Shown here piece after piece: positions 1-13,734 of a DNA stretch of 64,000 nt. The notes under the pieces were generated by a model, which saw nothing but the letters and a program-made list of their open reading frames with translations, was not told the DNA's origin and did no database searches. The DNA lies in NCBI RefSeq assembly GCF_009914755.1, contig NC_060927.1. The stretch is one strand, 5' to 3'. Both the position numbers and the translations under genes were made by a program. The stretch comes from the human T2T-CHM13v2.0 reference genome, Homo sapiens. The stretch's first letter is position 1. Every line of letters starts with the position of its first letter.

Positions 1-190
1 CTCCTTCTCAACCAGGCTGCAACATTGAAAGATGGACTGTACTGGGAGGGGCGGAGGGAGAGGAAAAAGGGAAAGCGATATGTTCAACCAAGCCTTCTGA
101 TTCTGCCTCTAGACTGGCATAAGTCCACATGAGTTATGTTCTTTTAAATTAGAAATAACGCCATGAAGATAAGTGCCAAGTGCTCTTCTG
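1..190 (-). other. TNIK: TNIK 3'UTR, proximal part (continues beyond the window)
   Basis: Directly follows the TAA stop (plus-strand tta, 191-193) of the terminal exon. Confidence 0.9.
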
Positions 191-274
191 TTACCAGTTC
201 ATCATGGAATTTCTGTTGAGGGTCATGAAAAACACTTGGCTACTTCCTCCAGATCGCACGGATGCAAAAAATAC
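191..274 (-). CDS. TNIK: TNIK terminal coding exon (~exon 33): [27 protein letters not shown]
   Basis: Acceptor tcaaacag|GTA, 84 nt, phase 0; matches the recalled TNIK C-terminus. Confidence 0.97.
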   Translation of the reverse strand, partial: VFFASVRSGGSSQVFFMTLNRNSMMNW

Positions 275-2496
275 CTGTTTGAAATTAAAAAGAAGTTAGT
301 TCAACTGCATGGTCTTTTCCCCTCTTTTCTTCAACCGTCCATCCATTTTCTCTCACATGTCCTATCCTTGCCATGTGTCAGGTCTTAAGACTCAATGGCT
401 TGTGTTTATAAAGTCCCTTTGGATATCGTGCATCCTATGTAAAAACTCCTGCCTTTATTCCTAGGTTGTTATTATTCCTTATTGTGGTATTGGTCTCCAG
501 AGATGCTGAAGGGGCTATATCTTCATTTGTAACATCTCTTTGGGTGTTCACTTTTTAAAAGGGAGTTTCATGCTAGGATAACGTGCTGGATTTCTGGTCT
601 AGGACCCAACAGGTTCTTTGTTAATTTCTAGAAAGGCACAGAAGCTTCCCTTCTCTCACCCTTAAATGACAAGAAAGTAGACTTCAGGATGGAAGGGAAT
701 CCCTTCAAATTCTCAAAGTCAAGGGGGAGTTTTAGGCCTACTGACTATCATACAGTTTCAGATTTCAGTTTTTTAAATTTAAGATAAAAACATTAAATAG
801 TGTGGTCAGATAGGGCAAGGTATTTAATGCCTACTCATTTTGGCATTTCAAGAGTTAACGCATGGTTTCTCTGCTGATGGTGGCATATCCCAGGGCAAAT
901 GAGATCATAGCATTAATGAGGAGAACCACAGTCCATTAGGTCTGAGTCTGTTAAGTCATTTTATCAAACAACTGACAAACGTGAGAAAAATTTGGGTTAC
1001 TGCTTGCTTGAGCTGAATGTTTAATGTTAAAGAACCACTGCCCCAGGAAAGTAATATTTTGGGCTATGGCCTAGCCCTTCAGTCAGTCAATACCTAACTT
1101 TTGTTAGGTAGTTGCTTTTGTCACTAGTCTAAAGTCTCTGCTACTTCATTTCTACAGCTTCTTCAGAAGAATGCTAACAACAACTTCTTAGGGAGGTCTC
1201 TGGAAATGCTTGACATTCACCTAATGCTGCATATGAAAGTAATGCTACTCTTAGGGTCAATGAATCAAAACGGAGAAGGACAGAGAGGGCCTATGGAAAA
1301 CCACAATGAAGAAAAGAAAGGGCTGCTCTTCCCTCCAAGTTGTGTGCCCCTGGCTGTAAACCTTGGGTTGCAGACAACTGGTGTGGCCCCAGCCTACTCC
1401 TAAGGGTGTGGCATGGCTTGGAACAGCCCTGCTGGGGTAGGTTTTCAATCGGAATGTGGGTATCCATACCCAGATCACTCCTGGTTTTTTGATTCTTAGA
1501 GACTGGGTGGGAGCTGGAGTTTTACTAGGTTATGTTTGTTTTCTGGGAAATCTAAATGGCTGGAACCATCTTTGCCACCTGCAGCTACTGTCCACCCAGA
1601 CCACATCAGGTCAGAGTAGTGGGCCAGGGTTGAATATAGTTTAGGCCCACATCACCAGGTTTGGACTAAGACCAACCTGACCTTTGGGGAACTGGGGTGG
1701 ACAAAGGGATATACAAAAATTCAACCCATCATACTGTTTTTCTATAGGCGTTTATGTCTGTGGCTTTGGGGACAGCATTTCTATGTTGGCCACAGCCACA
1801 AAGGATGAATTCACAAATGCAGTATGGCTTAGCTACTAAAACCTCGGGGTTACTCTACAGGGAGGGTAAGGGAGAAGCAGTACTGCTGCAGAATACCCCT
1901 CTGAGGTCACTGATCATGCCAGACGGACACAGCCAATTTCACTGGAAAACAGTTCACCTATGACATTTCAGAAGAAACATGGCTGGAATGACACAAGACA
2001 TGGCACTAGTTGAGTTTGTGATTGTGCATTCCTTAAGGAATGGGTGACATTTTTAAAAAGCTTATATTTCTAAACGTCAAATGTTTTGGATTTAAAGGTG
2101 AATATAAGGTGATTGGTTAGGTCTTGAAAGTGACTTTGTGAAAAGTCTAAAAGTGGAAGTATAAAGTTGACCCACTGTGAGATGATTAATGATGGGCCAA
2201 CTGCTCTAAGTGCTTAGGAGAATTTGGGGTGTCTGCTGAGTCATCAAAAGGCCTTTAGGCCACAAAGGTTTCTAAGAGGTTTACAAGAAATTTCTAAATG
2301 TTTTTATGTAGTTTTTGACATGTGAATAATATATTGAGTGCTCACATGGATCAAACCAAATAATGCCATTTCAAGATAATATTGATTGTTTAACACAGAT
2401 GTGATTCAAATCAGTATAAAGGAAAATGAAGGTTTCACAGGTACCTGGTGGTCTCTTAAAATGCAAACACTAATGCAAATGTTGAAACGGATTTAC

Positions 2497-2636
2497 CTTA
2501 TCATTTCTTTCACATAGAAACTTTAACCTTTGAGCTCGCTTATGCATAAATACTCCATCCAAATGTCCTGTTTCCACTGACCGGATCTCAATAGCTTTCT
2601 CGCCCCAGCCCATTATCTGATTGGAATGAATGTAGG
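2497..2636 (-). CDS. TNIK: TNIK exon (~32), CNH domain: (A)[46 protein letters not shown]
   Basis: ttgacag|CC acceptor, AAG|gtaaat donor, 140 nt; inside ORF 2470..2673. Confidence 0.97.
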
Positions 2637-2885
2637 CTGTCAAAAGGAATTTCCAAAACTGCATTAAAAACATTAGATGGGCAATAACTCACAGCATCTG
2701 TTCACATCTTAACCACAAAAATGACAAACGACTTGAGATAAATGGACAAAGCAAGTCTTACAAGAGTTATTCACAGATTTTTTTTTTTTTTTTTTTGTGG
2801 AATCAAATGGTTGTTTCACATTTCTTGATTTTCGTTTCATTTGGGGGGTGTAACTGCTGAAGGAGATAAGGAATGGTTAACCTAC

Positions 2886-3045
2886 CCACAGACGTGGGCA
2901 TTTCTCCCCATTGGAGCACCACATCCTTAGTTATCCGGCCATAGGTGTTTACATACACCCCCTCATCCTCATAGCAAACAAGCATTTCCATTCCATCTGT
3001 TTTAGGCAAGATGACAATAGCATGAGGAGTGATATTGCCCTGAAT
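2886..3045 (-). CDS. TNIK: TNIK exon (~31), CNH domain: [53 protein letters not shown]
   Basis: cttctag|ATT acceptor, TGG|gtaggt donor, 160 nt. Confidence 0.97.
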
Positions 3046-3699
3046 CTAGAAGACAAAGAAAAGCCAAGCATTATTCTTTTAAAAAATAAAACACCTTGAC
3101 TATTCATCTCTAACAACTGCAAAAAAGAGGTTTTTGTTTATTTTCATTGTCACCCTAAAGACTGAAATTTGCTTTAATTTAACCACTGACTTGTAAAATA
3201 CCCTGGTAAATCAAACTTAGTCACTAGATTAAAAATTCAATTTACCTGTTCCTAAAAAGAGCATGTAAATCTATGGCACACCTACTATGTGCCAGTCATG
3301 GGGCCCTTTACATATATAATTTCTAGTACCTACAATAGCTCCCCAAGGTAGATAGCTTTGTTTACAGATGAGGAAACTGCATCTCAGAAGGGCTTTGTGT
3401 CTTAACCAAAGTTGTGCTAGTATTTGTTGGTAGAGTTGGGATTTGTGTATATCTTGCTGACGTTGAAATTAATGTGTTTTCTATTAGCACAACCACTTCC
3501 AAAAGAAGATGAGGAGAATGTAAGCCAGCTGAATCTAATGGAGATAGCTTAAGTGGGGTCAAAATGAACTACCAAAATAATCTGTGAAAAAAAAATATAT
3601 ATATAGGATTGTTTATCCGGGTGTCTAAATGCCAGAATAATTCATGGCTTGGTTAGAAAAAATATTTAGAATGACCACTCATTAAAAAAAATCATTATT

Positions 3700-4000
3700 G
3701 CCGCACACAGTGGCTCATGCCTGTAATCCCAGCACTTTGGGAGGCCGAGGCGGGCGGATCACGACGTCAGGAGATCGAGACCATCCTGGCTAACACGATG
3801 AAACCCCGTCTCTACTAAAAATACAAAAAATTAGCCGGGCATGATGGTGGGCACCTGTAGTCCCAGCTACTCGGGAGGCTGAGGCAGGAGAATGGTGTGA
3901 ACCCAGGAGAGGCGGAGCTTGCAGTGAGCCGAGATCACGCCACTGTACTCCAGCTTGGGTGACAGAGCGAGACTCCGTATCCAAAAAAAAAAAAAAAAAA
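3700..4000 (+). mobile_element. Alu (AluY-like), full length
   Basis: Alu dimer with A-tail; TSD aaaaatca(t/c)tatt on both sides; AluY-type ggctaacacg and gcggagcttgcag. Confidence 0.93.
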
Positions 4001-5157
4001 ATCACTATTGAAATAAGTGTATATTAATTTGTTCTAGGAAAGGAAATGTGATGTTGTTGTGATCCCCTAGTTGAGAATGCCATGGCAGCCCAACATGTGC
4101 TTGACAGATTGGACTAAGAGAGTTGAGGATTATCATAGTTACACCTTAGCTGCCTCACCAGGAATGTGAGCTGTGAGTCCTTGTGTTCACCCACATCCAC
4201 ATGAGTTAAAAGTGGTAATAATGCAGCAATGAATGGCAGTCGTGTGTGTGTATGTAATATACTGAAACAACTTCTTTTAGTTATTGCGTTTCATTAGAAT
4301 AAAGTCTTAAAACTCTCAAAATACCAGTCAGCGGTAGCTTCAAACATTCCTGATAAATAGTTTCTCCTGTGTGTTAGTCTTGGGATTACACACAGGACAC
4401 ACACTTTACACTACACTTAATCCTAATAAGTGAATCCATGTGCAGCATTTCCCTTTAACAGTTATGTTTCAAGCAATATGTCAGGATAGTAATATGAATA
4501 TTTTAGGGCTAATAAGAAGATCTACAATTTGCAGGGCCCTGTACCAACTGCTTTAGATCCATTACCTCATTTAATACTAATGATAATCCTATGGGATAAG
4601 TCTTTTTATCCATATTTTACAGATGCGAAAGCTGAGGATTGGAGAGGCTGCCTACTGTGTCCATTACTGCAAAGCTAATACATGCTAGAGCCACTGTGTC
4701 TGACTCCAGTGTACCACACTGCCCTCAAGCTGAAGAGAGGAACTAAAAATAGCAAAAAAAGAATTTTCTCCAATAAATTAGTACCTGACCATTGGCTTTC
4801 TCTAACATAAAATGAACGAATTTCCCTTCAAAAACTGAATGTGGAAACTTGTCTACCGAATATAATTCATGCCCTTGAAAGAAATATGTCATATTCATTT
4901 TAATCTAAAGTCCAAAGAGACAACATGTAAATGCCAAATGATTTCTATTATGTATTCCCCAATTTTAGGAAGTCATAAAAATTAGTTAAATTTATATATT
5001 TTAGTTATTAAAAGCAGTATACTTAATGAAGAACGAAAGTCCATTTGCTGGTTAGTAAAGTGTGCATGACTTCTACTAAAACTATGCAAAACAAATCTCT
5101 TTCTACATGCAGGCTGTTGTACAGAGAGCCCTTGAAAGTCTACTTCTGAGTACTTAC

Positions 5158-5307
5158 ATGAGATGGTATGTAGATATCATAAGAGTTTCCTGAATCAACA
5201 TCAATTACATGGAAACCAGTGTGTGAACCAAAAATAACCTTTAATCTTTGACCTTCTTCTACCGTGAGATCAACTAGCAGAGGCTTGTGCTGGAGATCTG
5301 CAAAAGA
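5158..5307 (-). CDS. TNIK: TNIK exon (~30), CNH domain: [50 protein letters not shown]
   Basis: tttttaaag|TCT acceptor, CAT|gtaagt donor, 150 nt, phase 0-0. Confidence 0.96.
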
Positions 5308-6757
5308 CTTTAAAAATCACCCCATTAGTATCCGCATCACTCAAAGAGGCATCTTAATTTTTTTCCTTTAGCCACTGTCTAGAGGAAGTTAACTTCTAAC
5401 TTTATTAAAGTGAAAAACTAGAAAATTTCTCTTTCAGTTTTAGGTCTGTTGATATTCTGGCCCTAGGAGGAAGGGTCTAGCATCCATTTGTGCCCCTTTC
5501 TCTACCCTTTGTCCTTCGGGGCAGTGAAGTTTAAGTTGGTGCACAGGTGTAAATTTTGATAGTGGTAATGTATATTAAAAACCTGGTGCCTGGGTATTGC
5601 TGTTTTTTCCTGTTTATTTCTGGCCTTTGTCCTCTGAAGAAGGCCCAGTCACCTCTCTGGCCCCCCTCTTTCCCATGTGGCAACCAGGCCCATCCACAGC
5701 AACTACCCTTTCAGAGACAGCCTGGGAGGGACAGCCAAGGCCGGCTGTTTTCTCAGCCTGTTTAGTATTAATGGGCATGCTCTGGTTTGGATTTTTCTTC
5801 AGTGAATGAGTAGGCATAAGATTGGCACTTTCTCTTAATGTTGGAATCTGAGACTTGGGTTTGGGTGGTAGAGAAAGAGGTGGGAGTGGAACATCACAAG
5901 ATTGATGGCTTGCATTGACTATTTGGGTTTAACTAGAAAGCAAAAAGAGAGATCTTGCCAAGTTTGTCAAAGTTCTCTGTGTTTGAATCCAGAGCCCAAG
6001 CCCCAACTAACTGTCAAGTGTTCCTCTGCCATTTTCCTTTGCTATTTTTTAACCACGCTCTACCTTTGGGCCTTGAGATCTGGGAGAGCATTTGTGAAAC
6101 TACAATTGCCTTAACTATAATGCCACTGCTACCTCTCAGACCCTTCTCTTCTCATCTTTTGCTAACACCATTCTGACAGCATGGGAAGCTCTAGCGTCCT
6201 GTCCTTGTCCTATGGGAAGGCTTGGCCTCTTGCCAGTTCCACTCTTTCCTGTTCAAGTCTTTGCCTTTGCTCTTCCCTCTTTCTGGGCTGGATAGGGTCT
6301 GTCAGAAAGAACATTTTGCACTCTCTCATGTGTCTCTGGGTCATAAAATAATGGCAATAACTTCAGAGCAAGAATGGGAATGGGATGTTGATTGAAAAGC
6401 TTTTGTGGAGATAGATTTTGGCAGAACAGGAGTACCACTTTGGCTTTTAGGAGTTATCCCTTGTTATTAGTAACCTAATGCATTCCAATTTTTTTCCATA
6501 AAAGTGAGGTCATGGAGGGGAGCCCATTTCCATTAATGAATCTATTTTCTTGAGCACATCAGAAGCCATCTGCCCTAAGGGAACAAGATAGAAGTGATTC
6601 AGCTCTGAAGTGGGCCTACATGGTGTTCCAAGGGCAGTTTTGCCCTTCATGAGAATGTGGCAGAAAATAATAAGGAGCCAAATGGAGATAACAGTCATAA
6701 AGGTGGGGAGAAAAAGTGAGAGCCAATGAGACATAAAGAAGTAGACAGACATAAGCT

Positions 6758-6805
6758 GAGAGAGAGAGAGACAGAGAGAGATCAGAGAGAGAGAGTGAGA
6801 GAAAA
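6758..6805. repeat. Imperfect (GA)n microsatellite
   Basis: gagagagagagagacagagagagatcagagagagagag. Confidence 0.8.
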
Positions 6806-7532
6806 CAGAAGATAAGTTCACTTGGGCTATGGATAGGTTATGCGGCTCTGAACACATCTGGGTGCCTGTAAGTACTGGTCCTCCTGGTATTCGGGTGTCA
6901 GCTTCATGAGCTGGGGTCAACAGGACTAGCATATCCCCATCCCACTCCTGGCAAATCTCATGAGTGACCAATCCAACCATGGTGGGTACAGACTTAGACA
7001 AGGTAAAAAAATGAAAAGGCAATCAAAATAGAAGAATGCAGAGAAACTAGGTCATTTCTGTAAGTTAGCACTGGGGACATATAAGCATCACCTGAGTTTT
7101 AGGGACTTCATTCAGAAAGATTTATGAGGATTAAAAGAGACTCAGTTTAACTCTGAGATTCAGTGCTGCCATTTGTCTGCCTTTTTCAAACAAAATATCA
7201 GGGAATACCCTGGTTTAGGTGGCTTTATAACAAATGTCATTGCATAAGATCATAATCAATGCTATGCCTACTAACCATTCTAAATGCCTCTTGAGGATGA
7301 TGATTCATAGATCTCAAGGAGGAGGGCATACCCAAATTTTAATCTAATTTTATAGCATTTACAAATATTCAGTCTTTACTTTTGAAACAATAAACCCTAG
7401 AGTACCTACACTTTTAAAACAGGTTTATTATCTATATGAAAATTGGTATTGGTCTATATGGACTATTTTATTAATGGGTAGAAACGGAAAATTTTTAAAA
7501 AGCACATTTTAGATAATCACATCCCTGCTTAC

Positions 7533-7633
7533 CTTAAATGCCATGAATTTATGATACGGTTTAGGAGCCCAAGCATATATTTCCACAGCATTCTTTAAGG
7601 CAATCACCAAAAATTTGATCCTTTCATATTTAA
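7533..7633 (-). CDS. TNIK: TNIK exon (~29), CNH domain: (V)[33 protein letters not shown]
   Basis: attacag|TT acceptor, AAG|gtaagc donor, 101 nt. Confidence 0.97.
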
Positions 7634-8723
7634 CTGTAATAGAAAAATTATGAGTGAAAAAGTACATCAATTTACTCAAGTTCTTTGTATTAATATTAAT
7701 GAATGTATAAGCAACAATATGTAAATTTAAATATTGATGTTGGGTGTCAGCTTCATGAAGGTGATATTCCTGGTGTGGGATTTTTTCATAGATACTGATT
7801 TAGCTTCCCTTAGCGAACTTTGGTTGGCAGAATACTTATGGCTTTTGCTTTATATTGAAGACTTTTCATCATCCAGAGATATAACTGCTTAGGACTGTCT
7901 TTAACACTAGGTCTTGATGTTGATATTCATTGTAATAAGAATGTGCATAATTTCCTTCATGTTAGCTTGCCTGGCTTTTACGTTCACCCATATTTAAGTA
8001 GCTGAGAGCAGATATGGCAAGATGGTAGAAAAATTAGCAAATGGGCAGATATAAAGGCTGCCATTTGCTTATTATTTATATTTGAATTCCAATTACCAAG
8101 TGAAATAATTGCTTATTTATGCTTCTAACGAAAGGGGGGTGTTAGGAGTCTTGGGTTCTGTTAGTGGCTTAAAGGGCTACGAATACTGACAAATCCTTTT
8201 ACTCTTTAGAAAGATGGAATATTAAGCATTGTAAATTCTATGGACAGAAGCTTAGTTAAATGATTGAGTCCCCACAATGCTTTTGCCTACACAAAGTAGT
8301 ACTCAATAAATGCTTATTGAATGGAAAAATGGAAGAACAGACTGTTGTCTGGCATTCTCTTCATTACTCTTACCTACGTGTGTGTCTCTGATAGAATAAT
8401 AAGCAATGTTTACGGTGATGACCTTGAGAAATTGAACAATCCTTTAAGTGCCTTCTGAATCTTTTGCTGTTAAGTGTGGATTCTAATTCTTAGAGAATTC
8501 GTAATCCACAGTTGGTACACATGGCAGTCAGTTTCTTGGTAAAATATCTCAAGAAACAGAATATTCTGAGTCCTAAAGAAACTAGGTAGGAAAAATTTTA
8601 ATATACTTAAATGACATTAAGTTTCCAGTTACTTGCTTTATAACTTTTCATGACATAAAGTGTTTATTAGACTATTTTTGCTGATCTCTTCATCTGAAAC
8701 CTAGGAAAAGATCCACAGCTCTT

Positions 8724-10846
8724 GGCATTGAAGGAACATACCTCAAAATAATAAGAGCCATATATGACAAACCCAGAGCCAACATCATACTGAATGGGAA
8801 AAAGCTAAGAGCATTCCCCCTAAGAACTGGAACAAGACAAGAATTTCCACTCTTACCACTCCTATAGTATTGGAAGTCCTAGCCAGAACAGTCAGGCAAG
8901 ATAAAAAAATAAAAAGCATCCAAATTGGAAAAGAGGAAGTGAAATTATCTCTGCTGATGACAGGATCTTATGCCTAGAAAACCCTAAAGATTCCTCCAAA
9001 AGACTCTTAGTGCTGATAACTTCAGTAAAGTTTCAGGACACAAAATTAATGCACAAAAATCAGTTACATCAATAATGCTCAAGCTGAGAATCAAATCAAG
9101 AGCTCAATCCCATTTATAATAACAGACACACACACACACCCCACACACACCCCTAGGATAATACATTTAACCAAGAAGGTGAAAGACCCCTACAAGGAGA
9201 ACTACAAAGCACTGATGAAGAAACCACAGATGACACAAATGAATGGAAAAACATCCCGTGCTCATGGATAGGAAGAATCAATATTGTTAAAGTGACTATA
9301 CTGCCAAAAGCAGTCTACAAATTGCCAATGTTGTTTTTTACAGAATTAGAAAAGACAATTCTAAAATTCATATGGAACCAAAAAAGAGCCCAAATAGCCA
9401 AAGCAATCCTAAGCTAAAAGAACAAAGTTGAAGGTATCACATTACCTGACATCAAACTATACTGTAAGACTGTAATAACCAAAGAAGCATGTTACTGATA
9501 CAAAAATAGACATACAGATCAATGGAACAGAATAGAGAACCCAGAAATAAAGCCACATACCTACAACCAACTGATCTTCAACAAAGTCAACAAACATAAA
9601 CAATGAGGAAAGGACACCCTGGGAAAATTGGCTAGCCATATGCAGAAGAATGAAACTAGATCCTTATCTCTTACCATATACAAAAATTAACTCACGATGG
9701 ATTAAAGATTTAAATGTACCCAAAACTATAATAAGAAAACCTAGGAAAAACTCTTCTGGATATTGGCCTAGACAACATGTTTATGACTAACACCTCAAAA
9801 GCAAATGCAACAAAAACAAAAAAAGACAAATGGGACTTAATTAATAAGCTAATGAGCTTCTGTGTGGCAAAATAAACAATCAACAGAGTAAGGAGACAAC
9901 CTACATGATGGGAGAAAATATTTGCAAACTATGCATCCAACAAATTTCTACAAGGAATGCAAACAATTCAACAAGAAAAAATCCTATTAAAAAGTGGGCA
10001 AAGGACATGAACACACATTTCTCAAAAGAGGACATATAAGCAGCCAACCAACAGATGAACAAATGCTCAATATCACTGAACATCAGAGAAATGTAAATCA
10101 AAACCACAATGAGATGCCATCTCACACCAGTCAGAATGGCTAATACTAAAAGGTCAAAAAAAAAAAAAAAAGATGGTGGTGAGGCTGCAGAGAAAAGGGA
10201 ATGCTTATACACTGTTGGTAGGAATGTAAGTTAGTTCAGTCTCCTTGGGAAACAGTATGGAGATTTCTCAAAGAACTAAAAATAGAACTACCATTCTACC
10301 TAGCAGTCCCACTTCTGGGTAAATCCCAAAGGAAAATAACTTTTTTTTTTTTTTTTTAAATCAAAAGGGCACCTGCATTTGTACATTTATTGCAGCACTG
10401 TTCACAACAGCAAGGTCATGGTATCAAGTTGTCCATCAATGGTTGATTAGATAAAGAAACTGTTGTATATATACAGCATGGAATACTATGCAGCCATAAA
10501 AAGAATGAAATCGTGCCCTTGGCAGCAACGTGGATGGAGCTGTAGGCCAATCTCCTAGGGTAAAATAACCCAGAAACAGAAAGTCAACACATGTTCTCAC
10601 TTATAAGTGGAAGCTAACAATGGGGTGCACATGGACACAAAGCTGGAAATAATAGACACTGAGGACTCTAAAAGGGGAGTGGCAGGTTAAGGGCTGAAAA
10701 TTTACCTGTTGCGTATAATGTTCGCAATTTGGCTGATGAGTTCACTGGAAGCCCAAGCCTCACCATTATGCAATATACCCATGAAACAAACCTGCATATG
10801 TACCCCCTGGATCTAAAATAAATTTTAAAAAGAAAAGAAAAAAAAA
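8724..10846 (+). mobile_element. 5'-truncated, degenerate LINE-1 (L1PB-like): ORF2 3' half plus 3'UTR
   Basis: Recognisable L1 ORF2 sequence (ctaaaattcatatggaaccaaaaaagagcc), L1PB-type 3' end with A-tail, many stops; subfamily tentative. Confidence 0.88.
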
Positions 10847-12021
10847 TCCCTTCAGATTTTGCTGATTTTCAGGGTGAAAGAAGAAATAAATAAGTTTATA
10901 TTTTTAAAGAAATTTAAAATCATCTTGAAAATAAAAACTTATCTAAGCACATATAGGCTCAGATAAATCAAGAAATATTTTAAATGACTCTTGGATATAC
11001 AATTTGCTTTTCTTTTTTATTCTCATTTTATATTTTTAAAATTTCACAAGAATTTGAACATACTAGAATACTCGTGCTACAAGAAGATGTCAGTGCTGTT
11101 GTGGCTGGAATTTCATAGGGGAAGCTAAGTGGAAACTACAAGTGGTTCTTTGGATAACTAAGGCAAACAGTGTTTCTGAAAATTAAGCTGGTCTCAAGTT
11201 TTCTGATAGAGAATTACCAGATATTGCTCCCTGGTTAAATTTTACTTTAGATGTGTGGATATAGATCAGCCTACTGATGTTAGGACAATGAAGGGACGGC
11301 AATGATTAGAAGGAAGACGTCAGAAATGTTAGAAGGGCCAACAGTAGATGTGCAGGTCAAATAGGATTCCTGTAGCCTGATGTTTTTGAAAAACACTTGT
11401 CAGGTATATGCAAGAGATAATATTCAGAAATTTTGCATTATTTCCTGCAATGAATTTTATTGCTCTGTAATCATACAGTATTAGTTTATGGACACAAAAT
11501 TTGATCACTAGAAATCTTTGGACTAACAAATGCCAAGTAATAAAGGCAAAATACTCAAAAGGAAACAGCTTTGAAATTGTTTCTATTGCTTTCCCCTGAA
11601 AACATGACCTGTTCTCAAAGAAAGCAGCTCACTATTTTCAAAAGAAAACCAAATATGCATATGAATCTGAATTCTATTTGGTGTGAGAATGATGGGATGT
11701 ATGTTTTATACTTTGCCAAATTATCAGATTGAGGACAAGAAAAAATTAGAATTCCAGGGTATCCCTATTAGAAAGTACCAAATAATTCTGATTCCTGAAC
11801 AAAAATGTACAGTGGAGCAAATAGCTTGCACTGCTGCCCAGCCTGCTATAGAAAAACATTCCCGCATGTGGTCTGGTTTATGAATAAAGCTATGTCCTTT
11901 GAACATCCATTCCTTTTTAAAAAAACAAATACTTCTTAACTGATTTCCCTGGGCCTGGCTCTGTGCTAAGTGCCGGTGAGATGTAGATGTGGCTCTGGCC
12001 ACATACGTTTACAGACATTAA

Positions 12022-12346
<325 letters not shown>

Positions 12347-13734
12347 CAAAGGCTGCTTTTTATACTTATCAATACATACATTATCTATGTTGTAAGACAT
12401 AGATAATGTTGTAAGGTCAGGGGCTTTTTTTTTTTCCTTTGTAAAACTGTGAGTGACATGTTATTAAGTGAGGAACATGTCCTTCTCAGGCACCAAACCT
12501 TCAGGTTCACTAGCCAGCCCCAACACTTCCTAATATTGTGTCAAGGTTATCTGGGAAGGTCACCTGGAATGAAATTAGAGAAAAGGCAGGTGGAGACTCT
12601 GCTTCAAAATAGAGTCCCCTTTCTAGTTGGCAGAATGTGATACACTGAAGTTCTTTCTTTCTGAGCTCTTCTTTATAGCATGCCCCTTCTGTTTCCACAT
12701 TCTGTATTTGATACACTTGATTAGATTTCAGCCGACATTATGTCATCACACATGATTGGACCCACTTGACTGGTTAAAATTTCAAATGTGTCTCATACTT
12801 TTCTGAGACCACATCATGGACTCCTTTGAACTGAAGGTGTCTAAAGTTCCTCCGCCGCTCCTTTATTGTCATTCTTTATGTTAAATAATTAATGTATTTT
12901 ATCTAGTACACATTTTAAAAGCCTCCACACATTTTCTTATCAGCTATGGATTGAACAAGTCTTACAGGTACCTATTTTAAAAAGCCAAAGAACTCTAGGG
13001 CTTATGAAAACCAAGTACCTGCCTCCCTGCTGATTCCTGCTCCATAAAAACAACCGCTTGCAACTCTTTCAACTACTTCTTTCAGCAATTTGTTTCCAGA
13101 TTTCTAAATAACATGATTATAATGTTATTCCTTGATTTTTTTTTTTCAGTCACAGACATTATTTACTGACTTTGTAGTATGGAAAGGATTTAATTTCTCA
13201 CATCATTTCCTTCTCTCTCTAGCTTCTTCTCTTTCTTATGCATATGCACACACGATTTACTTCTGTAAACTCTAAATATAGCTGTATTTTAAATTTTTGG
13301 TTAAATCAATATTGAGTGTTAAAATTATTATTGTTCATGACTGAGGTATGTAGTATACCATGGTTACATTTCCTTTCTTGTTCCCCCCCCCCTTTTTTTT
13401 TATACTTGTTTTCTATGTATCTCTCTCTAAGCACATGTAAACTTTCTGCTGATAAATGCCCTTCAACATGGTCAAACGCAGCAGGTCATCTATTTATACC
13501 ATTTTATTTTTCTTGGAGGCATCTTTCCTGGAACCCTGCATTGTCCCACTCTGCCAGGACTTATTTCTTTCTAGGCCTGTGGCAGACTTGTCACCCCAGG
13601 TTCCCTTCACCATCATTCTGGGTATTTTCGTCATCTTCCTGGACTACTAGGTTTAGTTATTTATTTTGGTGGAACACATCCTTCAGTTGCTTCCTGAGAA
13701 ATGGTGCATGAAAAGTAAATTTTTAAGACAGGAG

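Noticed and set aside
3790-4005. Alu-derived ORFs (also 12064, 24561, 30413, 30462, 56565, 56614)
   Set aside because: Typical Alu translations ([16 protein letters not shown]), not genes
5134-5157. Possible 24-nt donor extension like the CNH insert recalled in MAP4K4
   Set aside because: Read-through gives GTA AGT ACT CAG AAG TAG, an in-frame stop
6510-7022. 170-aa - strand ORF with a hydrophobic segment
   Set aside because: Hydrophobic run comes from the (GA)n microsatellite; no splice or homology support
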